DNA of 64,000 bases, from the NCBI GenBank assembly GCA_041640635.1, contig JBEPZX010000004.1:1-64000 (forward strand), read 5' to 3'. The position numbers were made by a program, and so were the translations under genes. This document shows positions 9,145-17,245 of the stretch, in pieces (the first letter of the stretch is position 1; each line of letters begins with the position of its first letter). This stretch comes from Aquificaceae bacterium. GTDB taxonomy: Bacteria > Aquificota > Aquificia > Aquificales > Aquificaceae. The notes below the pieces were generated by a model. The model did not search any database. It had not been told where the DNA came from and saw only the letters and a program-made list of their open reading frames with translations.

Positions 9145-10021
9145 ATTTTAAGAGGTAGTGAATAACAGCCATACGTGTGTAAATTCCATTCTCTACCTGC
9201 TTGAGTATCAAAGACTTTTCCGAATACATAACATCTCTGTCTATATCCACGTAAACGTTTACAGGTCCAGGGTGCATAAAGTAAGTCTTTACTCTTTCGT
9301 GTCTTTCTTTTGTGAGTCCAAACTGTAAAAAGTAGCTCTCTTTGGAAGGTATAAAGTTTTCTTTAAATCTTTCCTCTTGTAACCTAAGGTATATCACCAC
9401 ATCCGCCCAGTCCAATGCTTGGTCTACATCGCTAAAGACTCTCTCTACATTAAAAGGTGTCAAATCCTTTGGTATCAAACTCCTGGGACCACAGACACCT
9501 ATCTTGGCTCCATACATGCCAAGAAGTAAAGAACTCGACCTAAAAACTCTACTGTGAAGTATATCACCTACAAACAAGACTTTTAGACCTTCTAAACTTT
9601 CGAACCTTTCCATCAAAGTAAAAAGATCCAAAAGACCCTGAGTAGGGTGTTGATGTGTTCCATCGCCAGCGTTTATTAAGCACAAATCTAAAGAGTTATA
9701 CGGCTCATAAGGAAATACAACAAAAGGAAGCCTGAATATGACCAAATCAAAACCCAAAGCCTTAAGGGTATAAAGGGTATCTAAAAAACTCTCTCCCTTT
9801 TCTATGGATGTCTCACCCCTGCCTGCGTAAAAAGTTTTTATCCCAAGATTCTCACATGCAAGTTGAAAAGAAAACCTCGTGCGTGTGGAACTCTCCAAAA
9901 ACAAAAGCGCCGCCTTTGCTTCTAAGTTTTCAGTAAAGCCATCTTTGAAAGACTTAAAAAGAAAATACAGACTTTCTATGTCCTGCTTTTTCAACTGCGA
10001 AACATCAAACAAGCTCCTCAT
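9143..10021 (-). CDS. pyrB: aspartate carbamoyltransferase catalytic subunit
   Basis: ESSTRTRFSF, NAGDG.HQHPTQ, GDILHSRV, RLQ.ER, MHPGPVN. Confidence 0.97.
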   Translation of the reverse strand: MRSLFDVSQLKKQDIESLYFLFKSFKDGFTENLEAKAALLFLESSTRTRFSFQLACENLGIKTFYAGRGETSIEKGESFLDTLYTLKALGFDLVIFRLPFVVFPYEPYNSLDLCLINAGDGTHQHPTQGLLDLFTLMERFESLEGLKVLFVGDILHSRVFRSSSLLLGMYGAKIGVCGPRSLIPKDLTPFNVERVFSDVDQALDWADVVIYLRLQEERFKENFIPSKESYFLQFGLTKERHERVKTYFMHPGPVNVYVDIDRDVMYSEKSLILKQVENGIYTRMAVIHYLLK

Positions 10022-10028
10022 CAGCCAT

Positions 10029-10054
10029 AAAAAAAGCCCCCATAGAGGGGGCTT
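10029..10054 (-). terminator. intrinsic terminator of porin copy 1
   Basis: Minus strand AAGCCCCC-TCTAT-GGGGGC followed by T7. Confidence 0.85.
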
Positions 10055-10072
10055 GTAGCGTATAAGCTTAAG

Positions 10073-11260
10073 TTAGAACTGAACTTGTAGGTGAAGCGTT
10101 ACGTCTGTGTAGTTCTTTGCGTTAGTTGGTTTGTTGTCTACTTTTACACTATCAAAACCAAAGGCTACCTTAGCATCGTTGCCTTTTATGTAGTAGTTGA
10201 CAAACGCACCGATTACGCTGGATTCCCTGATGCTCCATGTATTCTTTGGATCGTTTTTGGCATACCTAATAGCAAGAGCTGGTTTACCTATACCAACCAC
10301 TTGGTCGTAAAGAAGTTGACCTTGGACATAGTATGCTTTACCATCTCGCGTACCAACACCTTGGTAGTTTTGCATTGTCTTGTATGCAGCTTGGAAGTTA
10401 GGAACTATATCTCCAAACTTCTGTTCATACAAGAGGTCAATTGCAAACTCGGATGCTGTTTTTGCCCCAGTACCTGTGTACTTTTGAGACCCGTAACCAA
10501 GACCTAAGGTAAGAACATTTTGCCTACCAAGGTATGTATCAGCTAAAGCATAAGCCTTTTCTGGCTTAAAGCCAAGCATGGTAGGTGTGAACTGAAGCCT
10601 TACAGTGTACATGGACTTTTCAAGATTGGAACCACCTGGTGGGTCATCCTCATCCTTTACATCAAACCATCCCAAGTAGTACTTTATCATTCCATCTGCC
10701 AAGTTACCCCAAAGGGTTACACCACCATGTCTGAAACTACCGTATCCTACATCAGATGCCTGTTGAATTGGTCTAAATACAAGTGGAGTTCCATGCGCAT
10801 CTGCTCCACCCAAATTATAAGTTGGACCTGTTGGGACTATGAAGGAGTAACTGCTTGTTAGGTAAAGCCTGGAAACAGGTATCCTTTGGAGACCAGCTTG
10901 TAAGTTCATAGTGTCCTTTGCACCAAAGATATCACCAAGCCTTATACCCATGAATGCATCGAATGGTCTTATGCTTTCTGCACTTGCAGCATCTGTTGCA
11001 GGTTCCACTCTTGTTTCAAAGCTTGCACCAAAGTATACAAACTTGTTTACCTGTCCTGCAAAGTAGATTTGAGCGTTGGGAACGCTAAAACGAATATCTG
11101 ATTTGTCAGTACTCCTTTTCTCACCAAGATGCTGGCCCCTTATTTGCATTCTGACGCCAAAGTTGGCAAAGGTGTTTTCGTCCACCTTAAACATTGCCGC
11201 TTCCGCTGGCAATACATAAGCCGCCGTCAAAGCTGCTACAGCTAAAAGTTTCTTCTTCAT
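10073..11260 (-). CDS. outer-membrane beta-barrel porin (OprO/OprP-like), copy 1
   Basis: Sec signal MKKKLLAVAALTAAYVLPAEA, amphipathic beta-strand pattern, C-terminal LHLQVQF beta-signal; AGGAGG 8 nt before ATG. Confidence 0.8.
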   Translation of the reverse strand: MKKKLLAVAALTAAYVLPAEAAMFKVDENTFANFGVRMQIRGQHLGEKRSTDKSDIRFSVPNAQIYFAGQVNKFVYFGASFETRVEPATDAASAESIRPFDAFMGIRLGDIFGAKDTMNLQAGLQRIPVSRLYLTSSYSFIVPTGPTYNLGGADAHGTPLVFRPIQQASDVGYGSFRHGGVTLWGNLADGMIKYYLGWFDVKDEDDPPGGSNLEKSMYTVRLQFTPTMLGFKPEKAYALADTYLGRQNVLTLGLGYGSQKYTGTGAKTASEFAIDLLYEQKFGDIVPNFQAAYKTMQNYQGVGTRDGKAYYVQGQLLYDQVVGIGKPALAIRYAKNDPKNTWSIRESSVIGAFVNYYIKGNDAKVAFGFDSVKVDNKPTNAKNYTDVTLHLQVQF

Positions 11261-11295
11261 GCTTTTACCCTCCTTTAAAAGGATTTAATGTCTAA

Positions 11296-11324
11296 ATGAT
11301 ACCATAGCTTTTTTGGCTTGTCAA
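11296..11324 (-). promoter_or_regulatory. near-consensus sigma70 promoter of porin copy 1
   Basis: TTGACA (11324-11319), 17 nt spacer, TG-n-TATCAT (11301-11296); A-tracts upstream. Confidence 0.8.
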
Positions 11325-11345
11325 CCCTTTAAGTTTTTTTTGCAG

Positions 11346-11379
11346 ATTTTTTTGCAAATTTGCAAAAGGATTATACTAA
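11346..11379. repeat. 34-bp direct repeat, copy 1, containing perfect 18-bp palindrome TTTTGCAAATTTGCAAAA
   Basis: ATTTTTTTGCAAATTTGCAAAAGGATTATACTAA identical at 12744-12777. Confidence 0.95.
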
Positions 11380-11388
11380 CTAATTGAA

Positions 11389-11413
11389 ATAACCCCCACA
11401 GAAGGGGGAGTAT
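11389..11413 (-). terminator. weak hairpin after porin copy 2 (degenerate counterpart of the copy 1 terminator)
   Basis: CCCCC-TTCTGT-GGGGG followed by TTATTT on the minus strand. Confidence 0.5.
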
Positions 11414-11429
11414 GGTTTAAAAGTTTAGT

Positions 11430-12626
11430 TTAGAAGCTAATTTGGAAATAGAGCGTTACATCTGTGTAGTTCTTTGTGCCAGGTGGTCTGTTGTCTACCT
11501 TTACACTGTCAAAGCCTAAGGCTATACTTGCAGCTCCATCGTTTATATAGTAGTTAACGTATGCACCAATTACACTGGATTCCTGATTACTCCAAGTATT
11601 TTTTGGATCGTTTTTAGCATACCTAATAGCAAGAGCTGGTTTACCTATACCAATCACTTGGTCGTAGAGAAGCTGACCTTGGACATAGTACGCTTTACCA
11701 TCTTGCGTACCAACACCTTGGTAGTTCTCTATTGTCTTGTATGCAGCTTGGAAGTTAGGAACTATATCTCCAAACTTTTGTTCATACAAGAGGTCAATTG
11801 CAAACTCGGATGCAGTTTTGTTTCCAGCACCCGTATATTTCTGTGAGCCATAACCAAGACCTATTGTTAAAACTTCTTGCTTTCCAAGGTATGAATCAGC
11901 CAAACCGTAATCTTTTTCTGGCTTAAAGCCAAGCATGGTAGGTGTGAACTGAAGCCTTACAGTATACATGGACTTTTCGGATGGTGCATTTTGTTCATCT
12001 ATTACATCAAACCATCCCAAGTAGTACTTTATCATTCCATCTGCCAAGTTACCCCAAAGGGTTACACCACCGTGTCTGAAATCACCGTAGCCTACATCCA
12101 ACGCCTGTTGAAGAGGTCTAAGTATAAGTGGAGTACCGTGAGCATCCAATCCGTAAGTATACCCTGTTGGGACTATATAAGCGTAGCTACTCGTTAGGTA
12201 AGCTCTAGCAACAGGTATTCTCTGTAGACCAGCTTGTAAGTTTAAAGTGTCCTTTGCACCAAAGATATCACCGAGCCTTATACCCATAAATGCATCGAAT
12301 GGTCTTATGCTTTCTGCACTTGCAGCATTTGTTGCAGGATTCACCACCGTTTCAAAAGTTGTTCCAAAGTACACAAACTTGTTTACCTGTCCTGCAAAGT
12401 AAATCTGAGCGTTTGGAATGCTAAAACGAATGTCTGATTTGTCATACCCTACAATTTGCATGTTTTGGTCATATATAGCACCTCTGTTACCAAGATGCTG
12501 ACCCATTATTTGCAAGTTGACACCAAAGTTGGCGAAGGTCTCTTCGTCCACCTTAAACGTGGCTGCTTCCGCTGGCAATACATAAGCTGCCGTCAAAGCT
12601 GCCACGGCTAAAAGTTTCTTCCTCGT
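11430..12626 (-). CDS. outer-membrane porin, copy 2 (tandem paralog) with ACG at the start-codon position
   Basis: Colinear with copy 1; AGGAGG (12640-12635), 8 nt, then ACG AGG AAG AAA CTT TTA GCC GTG aligns with ATG AAG AAG AAA CTT TTA GCT GTA; frame open to C-terminal YFQISF. Confidence 0.8.
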   Translation of the reverse strand, partial: TRKKLLAVAALTAAYVLPAEAATFKVDEETFANFGVNLQIMGQHLGNRGAIYDQNMQIVGYDKSDIRFSIPNAQIYFAGQVNKFVYFGTTFETVVNPATNAASAESIRPFDAFMGIRLGDIFGAKDTLNLQAGLQRIPVARAYLTSSYAYIVPTGYTYGLDAHGTPLILRPLQQALDVGYGDFRHGGVTLWGNLADGMIKYYLGWFDVIDEQNAPSEKSMYTVRLQFTPTMLGFKPEKDYGLADSYLGKQEVLTIGLGYGSQKYTGAGNKTASEFAIDLLYEQKFGDIVPNFQAAYKTIENYQGVGTQDGKAYYVQGQLLYDQVIGIGKPALAIRYAKNDPKNTWSNQESSVIGAYVNYYINDGAASIALGFDSVKVDNRPPGTKNYTDVTLYFQISF

Positions 12627-12743
12627 GTTGGTGTCCTCCTTTCCTAAACCATTGTACTACTGCCTTTTTTTAGCCTTCTAACCCTTAATTTTTTTTGCAA
12701 GCCTGCAAAAGGAATTGTAGGGATTATACGGCTCTAGTCCTTA

Positions 12744-12777
12744 ATTTTTTTGCAAATTTGCAAAAGGATTATACTAA
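12744..12777. repeat. 34-bp direct repeat, copy 2 (degenerate third copy at 12683-12713)
   Basis: Identical to 11346-11379; ends 7 nt before the rgy ATG. Confidence 0.95.
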
Positions 12778-12784
12778 TTAAGCT

Positions 12785-15700
12785 ATGATAGAAAGTGTTT
12801 TTATTAAGCTTTGTCCCAACTGTGGCGGAGATATAACTTCCGAGAGACTGGAGTTAGGGCTGCCGTGTCAAAAATGTTTGCCAAACATAGGAAACTTATG
12901 TGAAAACCTAAAAGTCAAGGGAGATTTGTATACGCTGTGTGATATAGGAAAAGAAACCAAAAATTGGGAAAAAATATTTGAAAAAGGCGTAAAATCTAAA
13001 CCTTGGGAGCTACAGTACGCTTGGTTCAAAAGGGTTCTTCTGGGAAGGTCCTTTGCTTTGTTGGCACCTACAGGTATAGGCAAAACATCCTTTGGCACGT
13101 CTGTAGCCGCCTATTTTGCAAAGCAAGGGAAAAAATCTTACATAGTAGTTCCCACTAAGATGCTCCTTGCTCAAGTAGAGAGCAGAATCCTAAAGTTTGG
13201 CGTGCCAAAAGGCTATTTACTGAGCTTTGGAGAAGACACACCCAAACAGAAAGCCCAGAAAATGCAAAAATTAGAATCGGGAGATTTTAGAATACTTCTC
13301 ACAACCTCTATGTTTCTATACAAGAACTACCAATCTATAAATACTAACTTTGACTTTATCTTTGTGGATGATGTAGACTCCTTTTTAAAGACCGCAAAGA
13401 ACGTGGATAAAGTCCTTTACCTTCTGGGCATACCACAGGAAAAGATAGACACGGCTCTGGAGATTATAAACCTAAGGAGTAAACAAAAGGAAGAAAATTC
13501 GCACCTTATCAAAGAACTCTACCAAAGCCTAAACAATGGACTACAAAAACCAAAGGGAGTTTTGGTGGTATCTTCTGCAACATCCGCTCCCAAATCAAAC
13601 CGTGTAAAGCTCTTTAGAGAACTCTTGGGCTTTGAGGTGGGCACACCTACCTTTTACCTAAGAAACGTAGAAGATGTTTACCTACAACCCAAAAAACTCT
13701 CCGTGGACTTACTTGTAAAGCTCGTAAAAACCTTGGGTAAAGGTGGGCTCGTTTATGTTTCTTCCGATTTAGGCAAGCAAGAAGTAGAAAAAATTGTGAG
13801 CCAATTAAATAAAAAAGGTATAAAAGCTCTGTCTTACGAAGACATCAGCGATGAAGGTTTAAAGCTTTACGAAAAAGGCAAGGTAGACCTTTTGGTAGGT
13901 ATAGCCTCATACAGAAATCCACTCGCTAGAGGCATAGACATGCCCCACGTTATAAGGTATGCCATCTTTTATGGCGTGCCAAAGATAGAAGTTTCTTTGA
14001 GGTTTGAAGAAAACCTCTCATCTATGCTTTGGGCTCTTACGTCCATAAGATCCATAGTAGCCAAACAAATACCGCAGCACCAAAGAAAAATAGAGAACTG
14101 GATAGAAAAGCTCAAAAGGTATCAATACATAAGCCAAGAATACATACAAAGCAACCAAGACTTTCAAAACTACATAAGAAGCATGATAAGCGAAATAAAG
14201 GATTTTCTACTTTCTGAGCAAGTGCAAGAGCTTATCAATAAATCAGAGGAAGTTAACCTAAGAAAGGAGGGTGATGAGTTTTATTTGGTTGTCTCTGACA
14301 CTACAGGGTACCTACAGGCAAGCGGGAGAACATCGCGTATGTATGCGGGAGGGATATCTAAAGGCTTGGCCATTACCTTGGTGGATGACGAAAGAGCCTT
14401 TAGACACCTGAGGAAAAAGATCAAGTGGTTCAGTGAAGACATAGAGTTTAAACCCCTGGAGAGCGTAAACCTTGACGAGATTCTAAAGGAAATAGACAAG
14501 GACAGAGAGAAGATAAAGAGGATACTAAAAGAGGAAGAAAAGTCCCAAGACAGGGATATACTAAAGCCCGTTCTCATACTGGTAGAGTCTCCCAACAAAG
14601 CCCGAACCATAGCCAACTTCTTTGGAAAAGCCATAAGGAGAAGGATAGAAAACCACGAAGTCTTAGAAACATCCATGGGAGACCTATACATCATGATAAG
14701 CGCATCCCTTGGGCATGTTTTGGACCTGGAGAAAAACATAGAGTTTCACGGGGTAAAGGTAAACGGCAAGATAGTGCCCTACTATGTACCTATAGAAGGT
14801 AAAGAGTCCATTATACGCAGTATTAGACTCATGAGCATGGAAGCAAAAGAGGTCCTCATAGCCACAGACCCAGACACAGAAGGCGAAAAGATAGGATGGG
14901 ATTTAAAGGAGCTACTAAAACCTTACGTAAAGAACATAAAACGTATGGAGTTTCACGAAGTCACAAAGAAAGCCATAATCAAGTCCATAAAAGAACCCAG
15001 AGATTTCAATGAAAACCTGGTGAAAGCCCAGATAGTAAGGCGTGTAGCTGACAGATGGCTAGGGTTTGAGTTTTCACAGCTCATACAAAGATCCTTTGGC
15101 AAAAACTACCTGTCCGCAGGTAGAGTCCAAACACCCGTTCTGGGATGGATCATAGAAAGAGAGAGAGAATACAGAAAAAAAGTCTACAAAGTTTACGTAA
15201 AACCCAAAGATACGGACCTTAAGGTAGAGTTTGTCTTCGAAGATCAAAAAGAAGCCAAAGGTTTCTACGAAAGCCTAAAGTACGTTAACTTGCAAATTCT
15301 GGAAGAAAGGGAAGAACTAAAATCTCCAACTCCGCCCTACAGAACCGATACCATCCTAAAGGATGCAAGCGATAAGCTAAGATTTAGTGCACAAAAGACA
15401 ATGGACCTACTTCAGGACCTTTTTGAACTCGGTTACATAACCTATCACAGGACAGATTACCTGAGAGTTTCCGATGTAGGTATGAATTTAGCAAGACAGT
15501 ACATAAAGGAGGAGCATGGAGAGAGTTATGTCCACACAAGACCATGGGGAGAAGAAGGAGCTCACGAAAGCATAAGACCCACAAAAGCAATAGATGTAGA
15601 GGACCTAAAGTCCATAGTATACAGTGGACAGGTACAAGGTTTAAACTCAGACCATATAAAACTTTATGACCTCATATTTAAGCGCTTTATGGCAAGCCAA

Positions 15701-16216
15701 ACTCGAGCTGTAAAGGTAAAAATAGCAAAAGTTAAAGTTAAGGCTTTTGATAAAGAACAGATTTTGGAAGTTCCTACTAAGATACTCCAAGACGGTTGGA
15801 ACTTGTTTTTGCCCTTGGAAACTTACAAAATAAAGCAAGGCAAGTTAGAAGTAGAAAAAGATCTGAAACAACAGCCCAGTAAGTATCTGTTCACATACGG
15901 GGAAATAGTCCAGATGATGAAAGAAGAAGGGATAGGTAGACCTTCAACTTACGCCTCAACAATAGAGAAGCTAATAGAAAGGTCCTACGTTATAGAAAGA
16001 GGAGGTTTCTTGATACCTACAAAGCTTGGTAAAATGGTTTACGAATACCTACAAAGCTTAGAAGATGTTAAAAATTATCTATCTGAGGAGTTTACCAAGC
16101 ATCTCGAGCTCATGATGGATATGGTGGAGGAAGGAAAAGAAGACTACATACAAATCCTTAAAGAGCTTTATTCGAATATAATTAAAATTGAGGAAAAGAA
16201 GGAGGTTAGGTTATGA
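12785..16216 (+). CDS. rgy: reverse gyrase
   Basis: N-terminal Zn finger CPNC...CQKC, APTGIGKT, DDVD, QASGRTSR helicase motifs; VESPNKA, ATDPDTEGE, SAGRVQTP, GYITYHRTD topoisomerase IA motifs. Confidence 0.98.
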   Translation: MIESVFIKLCPNCGGDITSERLELGLPCQKCLPNIGNLCENLKVKGDLYTLCDIGKETKNWEKIFEKGVKSKPWELQYAWFKRVLLGRSFALLAPTGIGKTSFGTSVAAYFAKQGKKSYIVVPTKMLLAQVESRILKFGVPKGYLLSFGEDTPKQKAQKMQKLESGDFRILLTTSMFLYKNYQSINTNFDFIFVDDVDSFLKTAKNVDKVLYLLGIPQEKIDTALEIINLRSKQKEENSHLIKELYQSLNNGLQKPKGVLVVSSATSAPKSNRVKLFRELLGFEVGTPTFYLRNVEDVYLQPKKLSVDLLVKLVKTLGKGGLVYVSSDLGKQEVEKIVSQLNKKGIKALSYEDISDEGLKLYEKGKVDLLVGIASYRNPLARGIDMPHVIRYAIFYGVPKIEVSLRFEENLSSMLWALTSIRSIVAKQIPQHQRKIENWIEKLKRYQYISQEYIQSNQDFQNYIRSMISEIKDFLLSEQVQELINKSEEVNLRKEGDEFYLVVSDTTGYLQASGRTSRMYAGGISKGLAITLVDDERAFRHLRKKIKWFSEDIEFKPLESVNLDEILKEIDKDREKIKRILKEEEKSQDRDILKPVLILVESPNKARTIANFFGKAIRRRIENHEVLETSMGDLYIMISASLGHVLDLEKNIEFHGVKVNGKIVPYYVPIEGKESIIRSIRLMSMEAKEVLIATDPDTEGEKIGWDLKELLKPYVKNIKRMEFHEVTKKAIIKSIKEPRDFNENLVKAQIVRRVADRWLGFEFSQLIQRSFGKNYLSAGRVQTPVLGWIIEREREYRKKVYKVYVKPKDTDLKVEFVFEDQKEAKGFYESLKYVNLQILEEREELKSPTPPYRTDTILKDASDKLRFSAQKTMDLLQDLFELGYITYHRTDYLRVSDVGMNLARQYIKEEHGESYVHTRPWGEEGAHESIRPTKAIDVEDLKSIVYSGQVQGLNSDHIKLYDLIFKRFMASQTRAVKVKIAKVKVKAFDKEQILEVPTKILQDGWNLFLPLETYKIKQGKLEVEKDLKQQPSKYLFTYGEIVQMMKEEGIGRPSTYASTIEKLIERSYVIERGGFLIPTKLGKMVYEYLQSLEDVKNYLSEEFTKHLELMMDMVEEGKEDYIQILKELYSNIIKIEEKKEVRL

Positions 16217-16617
16217 TATTGCTTCACTCACTCTTTGCTTACTCAAGCGTTTTTTTGGCATTGGTAGCTTTTACCCTTTACATTCTTTCCTTTAGTGTGC
16301 TGAAAAATACCTCTGCATTTAGATATGCTCTAATGTTCAATGGGTTGTTGGTAATTCTGTCTTTACTTTCTGTAGCTACAGGTCTTGGTGTCTCAAACGT
16401 ACCTTTGGTAGCTTCCAAAGTGCCTTTCATATGGGGATTTCCTCACAAATGGAATGGCATGTTTTTCTTTATAGTTTCTACCCTTGCCTTTGTAATCTTT
16501 TGGTTTAAAGGTAACGAACTCGGCAAAAAGGGATACATTCTAAGCATTCTGGCACTTGCTCTAGTCCTGTTTCAATTGTTCACCGGATGGATGATGAAGT
16601 TGGTGTTTTTCTCTTGA
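16213..16617 (+). CDS. small four-helix membrane protein (cytochrome b561/DUF-like, His residues in helices)
   Basis: Four hydrophobic segments, LLH near the N-terminus and PHKW; ATGA overlap with rgy; GGAGG SD. Confidence 0.7.
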   Translation: MILLHSLFAYSSVFLALVAFTLYILSFSVLKNTSAFRYALMFNGLLVILSLLSVATGLGVSNVPLVASKVPFIWGFPHKWNGMFFFIVSTLAFVIFWFKGNELGKKGYILSILALALVLFQLFTGWMMKLVFFS

Positions 16618-17127
16618 TTTAAGGCGGTATTTTTTTGGCACGTGTCCAGAGCAAGTGTGAGGTTTCCTTTTCTTCCTTTACCCAGCCTTAAAATGGAATT
16701 TCCACAAGCTCGGCTTTTATGCCCGTCTTAATGAAATCAACCTTTTGTGTTTTTAGATAAATCATCCAACTTACGAATTCAACTTCAATGTATTTTATAT
16801 TTTCTCCAAAGTCGTGTATGGAGCGAGCTCCGGGCTTGTTTTTGTATAGACATAGCTTAGCTTTCCTGGCTTATTTGAAATGGTTTTGTTTATTGGTGTG
16901 GCACTTCTATATCCGCTACATAAAGTGGAGCAAGGCTATCTTGGACTTGCTAAAAAAAAGGCTTTTCTTATAATAAGTTTTTCAAAATTAATGTATAGTA
17001 ATCTCTAAGATTGAAAGACTTGAGGCGCATTTTCTATCAAAAAAACATACTGCGTTCTTGAGCCTCAGCAAAGTTCGCTTTCTTTTAAGGTAAGCCAAAG
17101 TGAGAGTATGGCAATGTCATGTAATGT

Positions 17128-17204
17128 TGGGGAGGGTGACGGGACTCGAACCCGCGACCCGTGGATCCACAGTCCACTGCTCTACCAGCTGAGCTACACC
17201 CTCC
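17128..17204 (-). tRNA. tRNA-His(GTG) with encoded G-1 and CCA
   Basis: GGAGGGTGTAGCTCAGCTGGTAGAGCAGTGGACTGTGGATCCACGGGTCGCGGGTTCGAGTCCCGTCACCCTCCCCA folds to a cloverleaf. Confidence 0.98.
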
Positions 17205-17245
17205 TAGATAAGGTTAAAATTATATCATAAGATTGATGTGTAAAG

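Noticed and set aside
10091..11846. Similar plus-strand ORFs at 10091-10507 and 11658-11846 that look like a repeated small gene
   Set aside because: Their similarity is a by-product of the porin duplication on the opposite strand.
11346..12777. 34-bp palindromic repeat as a CRISPR repeat or IS end
   Set aside because: Only two exact copies about 1.4 kb apart, no spacer periodicity, and no cas or transposase gene.
14262..14273. GGAGGGTGA inside rgy matching the tRNA-His 3' end (possible att site)
   Set aside because: Only 9 nt and within an intact coding frame; expected by chance.
7251..16216. Apparently higher GC in the dnaK-rgy block as a genomic island
   Set aside because: Spot counts differed only modestly from other genes, the content is housekeeping, and there are no mobility genes or att sites; a proper sliding-window analysis would be needed.
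16788..16973. 61-aa plus-strand ORF
   Set aside because: No SD, atypical composition and no recognisable motif; treated as part of the decayed interval.
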